Source: a virus. Taken from it: 64,000 nucleotides of DNA. The DNA is taken from positions 1-64,000 of the IMG/VR virus record IMGVR_UViG_3300023440_000003. One strand, 5' to 3'. The notes beneath the pieces are model-generated. The model searched no databases and had not been told where the DNA came from. It saw only the letters and a program-made list of their open reading frames with translations. The stretch's first letter is position 1; every line of letters begins with the position of its first letter. The translations under genes were made by a program, and so were the position numbers. Positions 18,493 to 29,128 of this stretch are shown piece after piece.

Positions 18493-21346
18493 GGCTTGTT
18501 TTGGTATTCATAGCTATTTCAAGAAGTTGTTTGATTTCTTTTATACTATTATCTATCTGAGCAAGCCATTCTTTTTCACTTTTCTTTTCAACTTCTGCTT
18601 TTTTAAGTTCAGCTATCATTTCTTCAGGCTCTTTTAATGGTGTTACTTCGTATTTTTCATATTTAGCTACGATTCTTTTGATGTGTTGTGCTGTTTGTTC
18701 ATCCAGTCTGTAAGTTTTGACTAATCTATCTACTTCTTTTATTGATTGATCTTTAGGTAGTGCAGTAATATTAATTAATTCTCGTGTGAGAGCATGACGT
18801 AGTTCTGGAGCCATAGTTTCAGGTAATGCAGCTTCGAGTTCTCTTCCAAATCGTTCCATACGTTTTGCAGCTACTTCTATAGTTTGTTCAGTGAGTCCTT
18901 GTTTTAACTCAGCCGCTGTGAGAAGCAATCCTGATTGTTGAATTTTGTTTGCTATATCAGCAGGCAATTTGCCTTGAGAAAGGAGATTTTCCATTTCCTG
19001 TCTTCTCTGATTTAATAATTCAAATATTGGACTTGAACTGCCGTAGGTCATATATGCCATGATTCTTGCACCTGTAGGATCTAGGCCATTAAATATCTGA
19101 AATAATTTAACTGCTCCTTGAAATCTTGCTTTTGGATCAGAAATATTCACACCAAGAGCTTTTAGCATCAAGTTTGTATGAGTTTTCAGAGCGGAGAAAA
19201 ATCTATAGCTTTGCATTAATGTCTTTTTTGGTGCTGTTTTTATTTTGAATAACATATCCAACATACCACCTTCATTAAAGATTTGTCCCGCGGCACCAAA
19301 TAGATCAAACACGTTAGTAAATCCTCCTGCTGGAGTTTTTCCTACTTCTGCAGCCAACGCCGCCACAAAAGCTAAAGGTGATTGCATTACTATTTGTGCA
19401 CCTGTTCTGAAAGCTGTCATGGCTGCCTGAACAGGTCCTCCCATATTGACAAAAACATCTCTATACAGCCGTTCTCCTCTATAAGCTGCACCAAGAACTC
19501 TACCTAATATAGCATTATTCATTTGTATTAACGGACTTGCTTCTTGAGCAGTGACTACTTGAGGATAATAACCTATATTTCTACCCATGGATAAGATCAT
19601 TTGTACTAACGGCATAGCTCTTTCCGGTCCTACACCAAACGGAGCGAAACGTTGCAATCCTGGTCTAATTATGTTAAACCACGCAGTGGGTTGTATTCCT
19701 AATCTTGTGCCTACAAGTATGGCTTCTCTGGTAACTACTTCTGGAGGTAAATTATATCTTACTGCAACTTCTCCCATACTAAGTGCTAATTGTCTCATCA
19801 CCGCTGAAGCTGATTCGGGTCCGTACCATGGTAAGATTTCCCCAGTTCGGATAAGTGCTTCCATAAGTTCTGGAGATCTTTCTATTAAAACGTTTTCTAG
19901 TGCATGTGTTACTTTATTTATACGTTCAACGTATTTTTGTACCAATTCTCTGGATCTTAATCTGTAATACAGGCGGTTATATACTTGTCTACCAAAATCT
20001 ATTTGTCTCTGAGCCTCTTCTGCACCCATTAATGGTGTCCAGATAGTTTCTAAGAACGGAGCTGCCAGATACTCATACCATCCTCTTAACATTCCTGTAG
20101 CAAATAGTCCTGCTCTTGTAGCAAGTCTTTCATACCATGCATATTCTCTAAATAATGGTTGATACATTCGTATGCCCTGTGGAGTAGTCCTAATTGTGAG
20201 TCCTTGCATAATTCCTGGAACCATCGCTGCGGGCACTTCTCTTAGCAAGTTTCGTTGCACTGTTCTTCTTACACGTGCTTCCATATTCACACGTCTAAGT
20301 ACATCAGTTATTAATTGACTGCTTCCATAGAATTGGGAAGATTTCACGTATCCAATAAAGTTTTGATATATTTCTGCGACACTTTGTACATCCATACCAA
20401 AAGGCACTATGCCTTGAGGATTCCATAACCAAGAAGCAGCCTGGGCCCATCTTTGCAGTATATCTGGATTTCTGTATAACTCCTCAATAGCTTCTATTCT
20501 TCCCATCATTTCTCTGGAACTTATTCCATATCTTCTTGCAAGTTCACTCACACGTCTCACATAAGTTGGCATCCATGATCGTACGAAAAAGCCCCATTCT
20601 TCTGGAGTAGCAAATATTGTTCTTGCAACTGGTCCTGCGAGTATTGCCCCTATACCAATTCCTCCAGCGATAGCGCCTGCAACTGGCAGTACAGTCCCTG
20701 CAGCCGGGACTAAAGCACCTAATTTAGACAGTTTGCTCCATAATAACATTCCACCAATAATTCCCATCAATCCTTCTTGTTGAAAACCCAGTAATCTTAA
20801 GAACATATTGCCTGGAACAATTGTGGGAATTTGTGTCCATCCCATTAATGCAGATCCTATACCGAACAGCATTCCAGAAGTATTTACCCATGGAAATACA
20901 TTTATTGCAGCCCATCCTATTCTTTCTCTCCAGGAAAGCTGGCCAAATGGGATTGTTAATTGTTCACGTATTCTTTCTCTGGCTTCATACACAACTCTTT
21001 GTGCTTCCGAAAATTGTGTTAAAGTACCTAAATAACTGAATGGACTTATTCCCATAGTATACATAAATTTAGCGGCAGGCGATGCCTGAAAAGGCAACAT
21101 AACCCTGGCAGCGTAATCCATTGCAGAAGGACCAAACTGTACTCCGAACCCACCAAGTGTGGCCGCACTTAAACCAGGGGCCATTCCATATCCTGGCATT
21201 AGAGGCATTCCTGTCATCATAGCAGCAGTCACAGGGCCAACAGTAGTTTGCATTTGTTGAATAGTCTGACGGCGGAGTTTCATTAACTCGGTTTGTACGT
21301 TTGAAGTATCAAGTTCTACTGCTATGCGATAAGTATCTTCTGGCAT
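18482..21346 (-). CDS. tape-measure-like protein
   Basis: 954 aa; N-terminal RIAVELDTSNV...LMKL; helical, G/A/M-rich with hydrophobic stretches; C-terminal LAQIDNSIKEIKQLL. Confidence 0.55.
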   Translation of the reverse strand: MPEDTYRIAVELDTSNVQTELMKLRRQTIQQMQTTVGPVTAAMMTGMPLMPGYGMAPGLSAATLGGFGVQFGPSAMDYAARVMLPFQASPAAKFMYTMGISPFSYLGTLTQFSEAQRVVYEARERIREQLTIPFGQLSWRERIGWAAINVFPWVNTSGMLFGIGSALMGWTQIPTIVPGNMFLRLLGFQQEGLMGIIGGMLLWSKLSKLGALVPAAGTVLPVAGAIAGGIGIGAILAGPVARTIFATPEEWGFFVRSWMPTYVRRVSELARRYGISSREMMGRIEAIEELYRNPDILQRWAQAASWLWNPQGIVPFGMDVQSVAEIYQNFIGYVKSSQFYGSSQLITDVLRRVNMEARVRRTVQRNLLREVPAAMVPGIMQGLTIRTTPQGIRMYQPLFREYAWYERLATRAGLFATGMLRGWYEYLAAPFLETIWTPLMGAEEAQRQIDFGRQVYNRLYYRLRSRELVQKYVERINKVTHALENVLIERSPELMEALIRTGEILPWYGPESASAVMRQLALSMGEVAVRYNLPPEVVTREAILVGTRLGIQPTAWFNIIRPGLQRFAPFGVGPERAMPLVQMILSMGRNIGYYPQVVTAQEASPLIQMNNAILGRVLGAAYRGERLYRDVFVNMGGPVQAAMTAFRTGAQIVMQSPLAFVAALAAEVGKTPAGGFTNVFDLFGAAGQIFNEGGMLDMLFKIKTAPKKTLMQSYRFFSALKTHTNLMLKALGVNISDPKARFQGAVKLFQIFNGLDPTGARIMAYMTYGSSSPIFELLNQRRQEMENLLSQGKLPADIANKIQQSGLLLTAAELKQGLTEQTIEVAAKRMERFGRELEAALPETMAPELRHALTRELINITALPKDQSIKEVDRLVKTYRLDEQTAQHIKRIVAKYEKYEVTPLKEPEEMIAELKKAEVEKKSEKEWLAQIDNSIKEIKQLLEIAMNTKTSLNW

Positions 21347-24300
21347 TTATGGCCTCTTAGGTTCAAAAGGTTTAATATTGGATATTATATTTTCCATACT
21401 GGCTTGTTCTGGTTTAAATTCATCTATGTTTGTTACTGGCACACTTAAGAGACCTGTTTCTAGATTCATCGAAAATAATCCTCTGTAGCTTCCACCATAT
21501 TTCATTGGTGATATATCTAATCGAATTTGTCCTTTGCCTGGCTTTTTTGTAATAGTGTATTTATCTGGTGCGCCACTTGCCGTTATAAATTGTTGTAATT
21601 TTCTCTTTATCATATCTCTAGCTTCGTCGATAGTTCGTTTTTTCTTTAAATAGCCTATGACATAAAAACCTCTTCCTCCTGAGAATCTAACTTCCACTTG
21701 TTTAATGTCTGGATCTTTTTTCATGAAATCTCTTACCTTTTTTGTTACTTCTTTGATTTGATCAAAATCTACATCAGGCCCTGGATCGATATCTACAACT
21801 AATCTATCAGTTATAGCACCAAATGATGGATGAAATTCTACAGTTCTTCTTTCAATCCAGTATTGAAAGTCTTCTGGATTGTCTACATCTCCTTTATGTT
21901 GTTTTATTTTTATTTTTTCTTCATCTATATTACGTCTTAGTACTATCCTGGAAGGATCAAATGCTTGCATTACAATTACCTGAGGGAATTGTTTCAATTC
22001 ATTAAGAAGATTTTTTCTGATTTTTGGTTGCATATAGAGTAAGAATATATCTCTTTTGGTAAAACTACCGAATGGTGCGTCTACTATGATATTATCCCAT
22101 CTTTCTGGATCGGGAGTTTTTGATGCTACTTTTTCTATAAATTCTTTGCCCTTTTCAGGATGCCATCCTATAAAAACTGGCTGTCTAAGTGCTCCATCGG
22201 GGTATTGTCCGGCTGCTCTGATTTTTGCCACTCGACCTATATATTTTTCTGGATGTTCTGCCATATCTTTTCTTTGTTCCATTGTAAATCCTGCACCTAC
22301 TCTTCCTACCACGGGCCCGTTAGGTTCGAAAGAGTATTCTATACCTCCAGCATATTTGCCTCTCCAGTTTGGAGAAGAGGATTCAAAGATACCTACTACA
22401 TAAACATCATATTCAGGTTTGAATTTTGCTTTTACAGGTTTTTCTACATCTTCGAGATTTTGTATTACTATACCTTCTTTAGATTCAGGTATGGATCCGG
22501 TACGTATTGCATCAAAAAGCATTTGCTTTTCTTCTTTGGTAAACGCTGCTTGTGGAGGTTCTGCATAAGGAAAGTGTTGAACGAATTCATTAATCAGCCT
22601 TAGTTTTTCTTTGTAAGGTAATTCTTTTTCTACATATTGGTCTTTAAATTTTACAACATCAAATACCGTAAGGCGGGGCTGGACTTTTTTGCTTTCAATA
22701 AGTTTTCTACTTATTGGAGTCTCGCTATGGGTAACACTTACTATTTCATTAATTGGTTTAGCCTGTCCTTTTTCATCTGTAAGAAAAAGTTCGGCTCTGA
22801 ATATACTTCCTTTGAATGATGAAGGCACTTTGAATTTTCCATAAGGAGGAACTTTATATGTATGTTCTATTAATCCCGTACTTGTGCTTACAGCCCATCT
22901 TGGTGAAAAGAGCTTGACTTTACCATCTGGTTTTACATAAAGAAGAACTTGTACACCATCATCTTTTCTGGTAAATATGTATCTATCATCATTTAGGAAT
23001 CTTTTAATTGCTTCTTCTGGAGTTATTTCTTTGTATTTTTCTTTACCTTCCGGAAGGTCCAGTAGTTTATCTCTGGTATCGGTAACATTTATCATGTACC
23101 AGTTATCACCTTGACCTTTAGTTAACAGGTATTCTTGAGTTTCATTTGCTCGATATATGTTGAATCTTATATGAGAATCATCTGCACTTAAGATGTCAGC
23201 TTTACCTCTGAACTCTATGGTTACTGTTCCTGCACCATAGTATCCATCAGGAATGCGTCCTGAAAAATTCATATAGTCCATTGTGTGATCTGGTTGTCTT
23301 ATGAATAATCGACGTTCTCCTGGCATAGGCCAGTATCTTCCCGCCCAACTGTAAGCTATTTTTGTTTTAGGATCTCCAAGTCTGAAATCGAGGTGGCTAT
23401 TCGATACAAGCAAACTGCCTGCAAAGTAATTATGATTATCTTCTACTTCAATATCATATCGTTCTAGTGGTTTTGACGGATTTACTTTTATATACTTTAT
23501 CTCTCTGATAGGTACAGGCAATAAGGTCATTTCATTATGCGTTGCAGCTGTCCAGTTGTAATATCCTATTTCATCTAAAGGACATTTATATTCCATGCCT
23601 TTAGCGATGTAAGGAGCTACTAATTTTAGGAATCTTTCTATACTTTTTTTCCTGTTTATGGAAATATAGTAGTAGGTTTTGCCGTTAGGATAAGTTCTAT
23701 TTCTTAGAGTAGCGTGGATTTCGTATTTTTCTCGTAGCCATGTAATAATAAGTTGTACATCTTCTTTAGGAAAGCCGAGAGTGTGTAAGAGTATTTGCTG
23801 ATGCGGACTAATTCTTTTTCCTCGGTCTGATCTAGGTCTACGTTTGTATCGAGCTGAATGTTTAATAACATAGTCGCCTCCCGGAACATATTGACCATCA
23901 TCCATATACCATACTGCTAATGCTCTTTCGTCTATCATATCTAATATTTCCTTAGTGATACGTTTCTTGCCGTCTTTGTATAAGATATTTCTGAGTAGAT
24001 AAAACCATGGATGTTTTATTCTGAAATAGTAATAGTCTTGTCTTTTGCCTTTACCTTGTCTAATTTCGACGTCCATTTTAAACGTTGGAGAGAGAAGTTT
24101 GTAACCAAAATCGAAATACTCTTTGTTGACTTGTCCCCAATTGAATGTCCAAGGAGTAGTCTGCGGAATAGACCCATCACCTAATAGCGCACCTAAGATA
24201 AATTGTTTTTGATCTTCTGTTAAATTTTGCACAGGCATCAACATATAATCCCCTTTACGAACATCTTTAGCCAGTTTTGGGATAATTTTTCCATCCACAT

Positions 24301-24778
24301 ATACATACACTTTATGGTTTCCTGTCAGTGTTATTGACCCACGTCTCGAGTGGAATCTAAGTCTTATCCATTCAGTGGATGTTCCATTTTTATACCAGTT
24401 AACCACCCTTTTCCATTCCAGTTTACCTGTTCTAAAATTGTAGCTTAGGACTTTTATAGGTAGACGTTTGTTGACTATTTCTTGAATTCTTATTCTTCCC
24501 TTGTCAGTGATAATTCGTGTGCCTCCCGTCAAACATCCAGCACGTTTAGCATTATGCTTTTGAATGACGCATTCCCATTCTACTGGCGGATCATCAGGTC
24601 CAAGTTTTATAGTCGGAATTGGGGATTTTTGTTCAAAATTTATAATTCCAGTTATAGCAGTATCATTGTATCTGGATTGTGCTCTCTGTATTAATTTATC
24701 CGCTTCTTGCAATAATGGGTCTTCAAGTACAGCCAGATTGTTTAGATTTTCCGCTATTTTAGTTAATTTTTTCCACAT
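21347..24778 (-). CDS. ligD: LigD-like NHEJ enzyme (phosphoesterase, ATP-dependent ligase, primase-polymerase) with intein
   Basis: PE domain VIQKHNAKRAG/SHLDFRL; ligase RKDDG, EGIVI, KAK, GRVGAG, LRQPVF; Pol domain DRLVVDIDP, SGGRGFYV. Confidence 0.85.
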   Translation of the reverse strand: MWKKLTKIAENLNNLAVLEDPLLQEADKLIQRAQSRYNDTAITGIINFEQKSPIPTIKLGPDDPPVEWECVIQKHNAKRAGCLTGGTRIITDKGRIRIQEIVNKRLPIKVLSYNFRTGKLEWKRVVNWYKNGTSTEWIRLRFHSRRGSITLTGNHKVYVYVDGKIIPKLAKDVRKGDYMLMPVQNLTEDQKQFILGALLGDGSIPQTTPWTFNWGQVNKEYFDFGYKLLSPTFKMDVEIRQGKGKRQDYYYFRIKHPWFYLLRNILYKDGKKRITKEILDMIDERALAVWYMDDGQYVPGGDYVIKHSARYKRRPRSDRGKRISPHQQILLHTLGFPKEDVQLIITWLREKYEIHATLRNRTYPNGKTYYYISINRKKSIERFLKLVAPYIAKGMEYKCPLDEIGYYNWTAATHNEMTLLPVPIREIKYIKVNPSKPLERYDIEVEDNHNYFAGSLLVSNSHLDFRLGDPKTKIAYSWAGRYWPMPGERRLFIRQPDHTMDYMNFSGRIPDGYYGAGTVTIEFRGKADILSADDSHIRFNIYRANETQEYLLTKGQGDNWYMINVTDTRDKLLDLPEGKEKYKEITPEEAIKRFLNDDRYIFTRKDDGVQVLLYVKPDGKVKLFSPRWAVSTSTGLIEHTYKVPPYGKFKVPSSFKGSIFRAELFLTDEKGQAKPINEIVSVTHSETPISRKLIESKKVQPRLTVFDVVKFKDQYVEKELPYKEKLRLINEFVQHFPYAEPPQAAFTKEEKQMLFDAIRTGSIPESKEGIVIQNLEDVEKPVKAKFKPEYDVYVVGIFESSSPNWRGKYAGGIEYSFEPNGPVVGRVGAGFTMEQRKDMAEHPEKYIGRVAKIRAAGQYPDGALRQPVFIGWHPEKGKEFIEKVASKTPDPERWDNIIVDAPFGSFTKRDIFLLYMQPKIRKNLLNELKQFPQVIVMQAFDPSRIVLRRNIDEEKIKIKQHKGDVDNPEDFQYWIERRTVEFHPSFGAITDRLVVDIDPGPDVDFDQIKEVTKKVRDFMKKDPDIKQVEVRFSGGRGFYVIGYLKKKRTIDEARDMIKRKLQQFITASGAPDKYTITKKPGKGQIRLDISPMKYGGSYRGLFSMNLETGLLSVPVTNIDEFKPEQASMENIISNIKPFEPKRP
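23399..24535 (-). mobile_element. LAGLIDADG intein in the LigD PE domain (379 aa)
   Basis: Starts CLTGGT; block B TGNH; LGALLGDG and WYMDDG; ends YDIEVEDNHNYFAGSLLVSN|S. Confidence 0.9.
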
Positions 24779-24874
24779 TTTGTGCTCTTTTTGATTTTAT
24801 CATAGTGACTTCTGTTGAAGAAACCCTTATTTAGCGGGTATAAGTAGAGAAAATTACGACGAGGAGGTGGAGGC

Positions 24875-25081
24875 ATGAATGATCAATTTATAAGGCTCAA
24901 GCGCGAGGATTTAGAAAACTTAGATTCCGTTAAAGATTTACTGACAGAGGTTATTTTGGCAGATAATACAGTAATTTACATGGTGAAAGATAACAAGCTA
25001 AATGATGTTGTTGAGTTTATAGACGAGTTTATGGATAGCTTCGACTACTTTCATGAATTTTATAGGAGGCTTATAAGATGA
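24875..25081 (+). CDS. small acidic protein
   Basis: SD GGAGG; coupled to helicase. Confidence 0.6.
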   Translation: MNDQFIRLKREDLENLDSVKDLLTEVILADNTVIYMVKDNKLNDVVEFIDEFMDSFDYFHEFYRRLIR

Positions 25082-26637
25082 TAGCTACTTATAGAGATAA
25101 GTACGTAGTTATTGATGATGGTTATCACTATAAACAGTACTTAAAAAAGCTTGGTTTCGTCTGGGACTCTAAGATGAAAGCATGGAAATTATTGGCTGAT
25201 GTAGGAGCTTTTCGCGCGTTAAAAGAATTACGTACAACTTTTGCAGTGCCTGTAATTATAGACAGTAGACTCAAGCGATACAAAGAACGATTAGCTCAAT
25301 TGCTTAGAATGAAGATAGATTATTCGTCTTTTCAGCCTACTAAGCCTTCTATGGAACATCAGATCGATTCTACGTTACTGATTTTAAAAGCCAAACGTGC
25401 AGGCATTTTTAATGACACAGGTACGGGTAAAACTAAGATTGCGGTGGATGCTATAGAGTTTCTTATTAATAATGGATATATTCGTAACGTTTTAATTATT
25501 ACTCCAAAGCATTTAATTAAAAAATGGAAACGTGAGATAGCAAAGTTTACAAAATTGGATCCTGAAAGTATAGACATTATAAACTATGAGTTTTTTTCCA
25601 GAAATCCAGATTTTAATATCACTTACGATATGATTGTTCTGGACGAAGCTACTTATATTAAAAATCCAAAAGCTAAACGGACTCAGACTATCTGGAAATT
25701 AGGTGCTGGAGTTCCATTTAAAGTAGTACTTACTGCAACACCTACTACGCAATCCATCGAAGATTTGTGGTCTATTATGTTTTTCCTTGATGGTGGTAAG
25801 CGTCTTGGTACCAGTTTTAGTGCATTCAGAGATAAGTACATGCATAAGCGTGAGGTAAGACGACGGGATGGTAGTAAATTTGTAAAGTACATTCCTATCA
25901 AACGATTAATTGGAGAGATTACTGAGAATATTTCTGATATTACAGTCGCTTACACGAAAGATGTGATAAAAGATTTACCATCTAAACTATACGACGAAAG
26001 GCCGTTGGAGCCTACTAAAGAAATGCTTGATTATCATCATATGGTGAAAAAAGGTATTTTTATATCTGGAGAAGACAAACTGTACAGAATCAAAAATACC
26101 ATTATTCGTCTACATCAAATCACTTCTGGTTTTGTTTACGATCCAGATAAGGATCGGTATATAATATTTAAAAATAATCCTAAACTTGAAGCTTTGAAAG
26201 AGATTTTAGAAGAAGAAGTCAGAGGCAAGAAAGTTTTAATCTGGAGGACATTTGTTATAGAGACAGGTTTGATAAAAGAGGTGGTGCACAAAGCAGGATT
26301 AAAGCCATTGATTCTGGATGCTAAAACTAAAGATCCTGCTGCGGTTCTTGATGAATTTCATAATAAAGATGATAGAGTGATAATTGCCAGTCCTTTTTCT
26401 CATAAATATGGGCATGAGATATTTGCAGATGTGATAATCTTCTATTCCAATTCTTTTTCTGTGGAAACAAGAAAACAGGCAGAAGACAGAAGTCACAGAT
26501 ATGGTTCTGTGAGGTCGCCACTCTATATAGATTTATATTACGAGGGAATGATGGATGATTATGTATTGAAGAGTTTAAAAAGAAATATAGATGTTTTAGA
26601 CACCACAATATCCAATTTAAGGAGGGCGTTGATATGA
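25078..26637 (+). CDS. SNF2-family helicase/ATPase
   Basis: DTGTGKT, LDEAT, LTATP, QAEDRSHRYG. Confidence 0.9.
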   Translation: MIATYRDKYVVIDDGYHYKQYLKKLGFVWDSKMKAWKLLADVGAFRALKELRTTFAVPVIIDSRLKRYKERLAQLLRMKIDYSSFQPTKPSMEHQIDSTLLILKAKRAGIFNDTGTGKTKIAVDAIEFLINNGYIRNVLIITPKHLIKKWKREIAKFTKLDPESIDIINYEFFSRNPDFNITYDMIVLDEATYIKNPKAKRTQTIWKLGAGVPFKVVLTATPTTQSIEDLWSIMFFLDGGKRLGTSFSAFRDKYMHKREVRRRDGSKFVKYIPIKRLIGEITENISDITVAYTKDVIKDLPSKLYDERPLEPTKEMLDYHHMVKKGIFISGEDKLYRIKNTIIRLHQITSGFVYDPDKDRYIIFKNNPKLEALKEILEEEVRGKKVLIWRTFVIETGLIKEVVHKAGLKPLILDAKTKDPAAVLDEFHNKDDRVIIASPFSHKYGHEIFADVIIFYSNSFSVETRKQAEDRSHRYGSVRSPLYIDLYYEGMMDDYVLKSLKRNIDVLDTTISNLRRALI

Positions 26638-27134
26638 GAGTAATTGGTATTGATCCATCTTTGAGGTACACAGGAGTTGTGATTTTAAATGATGATTACA
26701 TTGAGAGATCCGTATTGTTATATTCGGTGAAGAAAGTTGATGTGAAAAATGCCGAGCCAATATATGTCGAAGATATGTATATTGGTTTGGATGAATATCT
26801 ACCCAAATTAATATCCAAATATAACCCAACAATAGCTGGTGTAGAAATACCTTTTATCCCTAGAAACATGGGACATTTGAATAAAATTCTTATTCTCTGC
26901 GGCTGGATTCAACATATTATTTACAAATCTCAGAATGGTGTAAGTGCTTTATTTGATGTAACTGTGCCTCAAATCAGGAATCATTTGAATGTATTTAAGA
27001 ATTTTAAACATAATATCCGAACAAAGGTTAAGTCTTTAGTAGTTAACGCTGATTGGACTGGTAAGGACAGTCAACACTTGTATGACGCCACAGCAGTAGC
27101 ATTGACTGCTATGCATATGATGAATCTAAAGTGA
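26634..27134 (+). CDS. ruvC: RuvC-like Holliday junction resolvase
   Basis: VIGIDPSLRYTG, VEIPF, HLYDATAVA. Confidence 0.8.
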   Translation: MRVIGIDPSLRYTGVVILNDDYIERSVLLYSVKKVDVKNAEPIYVEDMYIGLDEYLPKLISKYNPTIAGVEIPFIPRNMGHLNKILILCGWIQHIIYKSQNGVSALFDVTVPQIRNHLNVFKNFKHNIRTKVKSLVVNADWTGKDSQHLYDATAVALTAMHMMNLK

Positions 27135-27232
27135 GTACTATTTTTTGCTATTCTAGCTTTTAAAACTAGTTTTGATTCTATTTTTATTTTTTAGTTAGAA
27201 TATGTAGTAGTTTGTTTTTATTAGAGGTGATT

Positions 27233-28414
27233 ATGCTTTACAACGATTGGTTAAGTAAGTCGTTATACAGGCATCAGCTTTATAAAACTGCTTTTTTACC
27301 CCCTTTACCTGTGGGTTTACGTTTAAGGGCTATCGAACTGCCCGCAGTTGGACTTGAAACTTTGAGACAATCAGGACATAGATTATCTCAATATTTAGGT
27401 TCTTTAAGATCTTCACGTCAATATCGTAGAGGTTTACGGAATCTTGGTTCAGCTTTAGAACGAGGTGGTGAACTTGCTCTTAGGCAGGCTCAATCTTTAG
27501 AACGTTTATTTAATGCTGTAAGTACGGCAGCTATGAATGCTAGTGCTGAAAGATTTTTTTCTCAATTAGGACGCGCAGGATCTTTATATGCCGCAAGAGC
27601 ATCAGGAATTTCTCGTTTGGGTAAAGCTTTAGAATCAGCTGCTCAGCTTCAGGCTGCAAAAAATATTGGAGAATTCTTAAGGACATATGGCACTCCTCCT
27701 GTTCGTAATGCAAGAGTTAGTAGAAGTATTTTTTCTAAAGTGATGCCTTATGCTTTGATTGGTGCAGGTGGATATTTATTGGCCAGAGCGATATCGAAAC
27801 CAAAATCTAAGTCTAAATATATATCAAAAACTGCTTCTATTTATGGAGGTGAACCTATGTATTACATACATCCATTGTTAATAAAAATAGCTGAAGATCG
27901 AGCTTTAGAAGAACTTCAGAATCGCTTAGCTCAACTCAGACAATTTGGTGTTTTAAACTATCCAGATGTTGTGCAGGCTTTAGAGATTGCGCCTCCTTTG
28001 CTATTAGGTGTTGCAGGTATAGGTTTAGGAGGATTTCTCGGTAGAAGGCATCCTCTTGCTGTGGGTCTTGGTACTATGCTTGGAGGTATTCTTGGGGGTT
28101 TTGGTGGTTATAAACTGGGTCAATGGTTAGCTAATGTATATGCATCAGATCCTGAACGATTGGCACTAGCACGTAAGTATGGTGAGGCGCTTCTTGCTTA
28201 TCGAAGAGCTTTAGGATTATCTGCTCCTTCTTTACCGTCAGATCCTGTAAGATTGATGAAAGCTATATCTGCTTTGACTCCTGCTGCTGTGAAGGAAGAA
28301 ATTGCACGACAAAGATTAGAAGATAGTATTAGAGCACAAAAAGCTGCGTTGTTAAGTAAAGCAATGGCTGATCAGATGTTAGGAAAAGATACTAATTTAT
28401 CTATAGGAATTTGA
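27233..28414 (+). CDS. two-unit KxA/glycine-zipper protein
   Basis: SD GAGGTG before ATG 27233; LYKTA, ISKTAS, LIKIA; internal SD+ATG at 27857; Gly zippers. Confidence 0.7.
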   Translation: MLYNDWLSKSLYRHQLYKTAFLPPLPVGLRLRAIELPAVGLETLRQSGHRLSQYLGSLRSSRQYRRGLRNLGSALERGGELALRQAQSLERLFNAVSTAAMNASAERFFSQLGRAGSLYAARASGISRLGKALESAAQLQAAKNIGEFLRTYGTPPVRNARVSRSIFSKVMPYALIGAGGYLLARAISKPKSKSKYISKTASIYGGEPMYYIHPLLIKIAEDRALEELQNRLAQLRQFGVLNYPDVVQALEIAPPLLLGVAGIGLGGFLGRRHPLAVGLGTMLGGILGGFGGYKLGQWLANVYASDPERLALARKYGEALLAYRRALGLSAPSLPSDPVRLMKAISALTPAAVKEEIARQRLEDSIRAQKAALLSKAMADQMLGKDTNLSIGI

Positions 28415-28417
28415 GAC

Positions 28418-28705
28418 ATGAAGGATAATTTAATTCTTGCAGCATATTATTTGTACAAATACGCTAAAGGAGGACATTCTCGTAAAGATCCCACTCCTGA
28501 ACTCGTTGATCATGTTGCTGCCAGAATAATGAAGGAACATCCTGAATACACCAGAGAGCAGGCTTATCGTATTGCAGTTAAGCAACTCCAAAGACATGGT
28601 TATTTGAAGAAAGGAACCATGCAGTTAACAGAAAAAGGTAAACGCCAGGCTCAAAAGCATTATAAACATAGACGAGCATTAGATTGGAAAAAACGACCTT
28701 ATTAA
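28418..28705 (+). CDS. small basic KxA-motif protein, probably nucleic-acid binding
   Basis: YLYKYAK leader; REQAYRIAVKQLQRHGYL...LTEKGK winged-helix-like end. Confidence 0.6.
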   Translation: MKDNLILAAYYLYKYAKGGHSRKDPTPELVDHVAARIMKEHPEYTREQAYRIAVKQLQRHGYLKKGTMQLTEKGKRQAQKHYKHRRALDWKKRPY

Positions 28706-28709
28706 GGAG

Positions 28710-29108
28710 GTGAATGTTATGTTTGAGTACATTACTCCAGAGAACTTAGCTATTTTAGATATCGTATCGGATTTACACATCCAAGAAAATGACCCAGTTT
28801 ATACGTTAATGAAGTATGCTGACGCGCAACGTGCGGCTTTGATTGCTGGAACTGGACTTAGTTTAGCTGGTGGAGGAGGTTTGCTGTATGATTTGATCAG
28901 AAAAAGACTGATTCAGAAAAAATTACAACAGCTTGGAGGCACCCCTATAGCATCATTGCCTGCGACTACCGGAGGATTGAGAATTTCTGATTTGTTGGGA
29001 CGACGCAGTTCTAATTTGCTTTCAATACTTAAGCGGAAAAAACATTTGTGGCCTGTGTTTGCTCTTACTTTAGGTGGAGGTCTTTTAACTTATGGTTTAT
29101 TGGATTAG
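28710..29108 (+). CDS. KxA/glycine-zipper protein
   Basis: Acidic leader ending LMKYA; two Gly-rich helices. Confidence 0.65.
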   Translation: MNVMFEYITPENLAILDIVSDLHIQENDPVYTLMKYADAQRAALIAGTGLSLAGGGGLLYDLIRKRLIQKKLQQLGGTPIASLPATTGGLRISDLLGRRSSNLLSILKRKKHLWPVFALTLGGGLLTYGLLD

Positions 29109-29128
29109 ATCTTTAAGGAGGTGAATTT

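Noticed and set aside
19245-24794. Many short plus-strand ORFs (and similar ones opposite RNAP and the AAA ATPase)
   Set aside because: They are antisense shadows of long genes with clear motifs.
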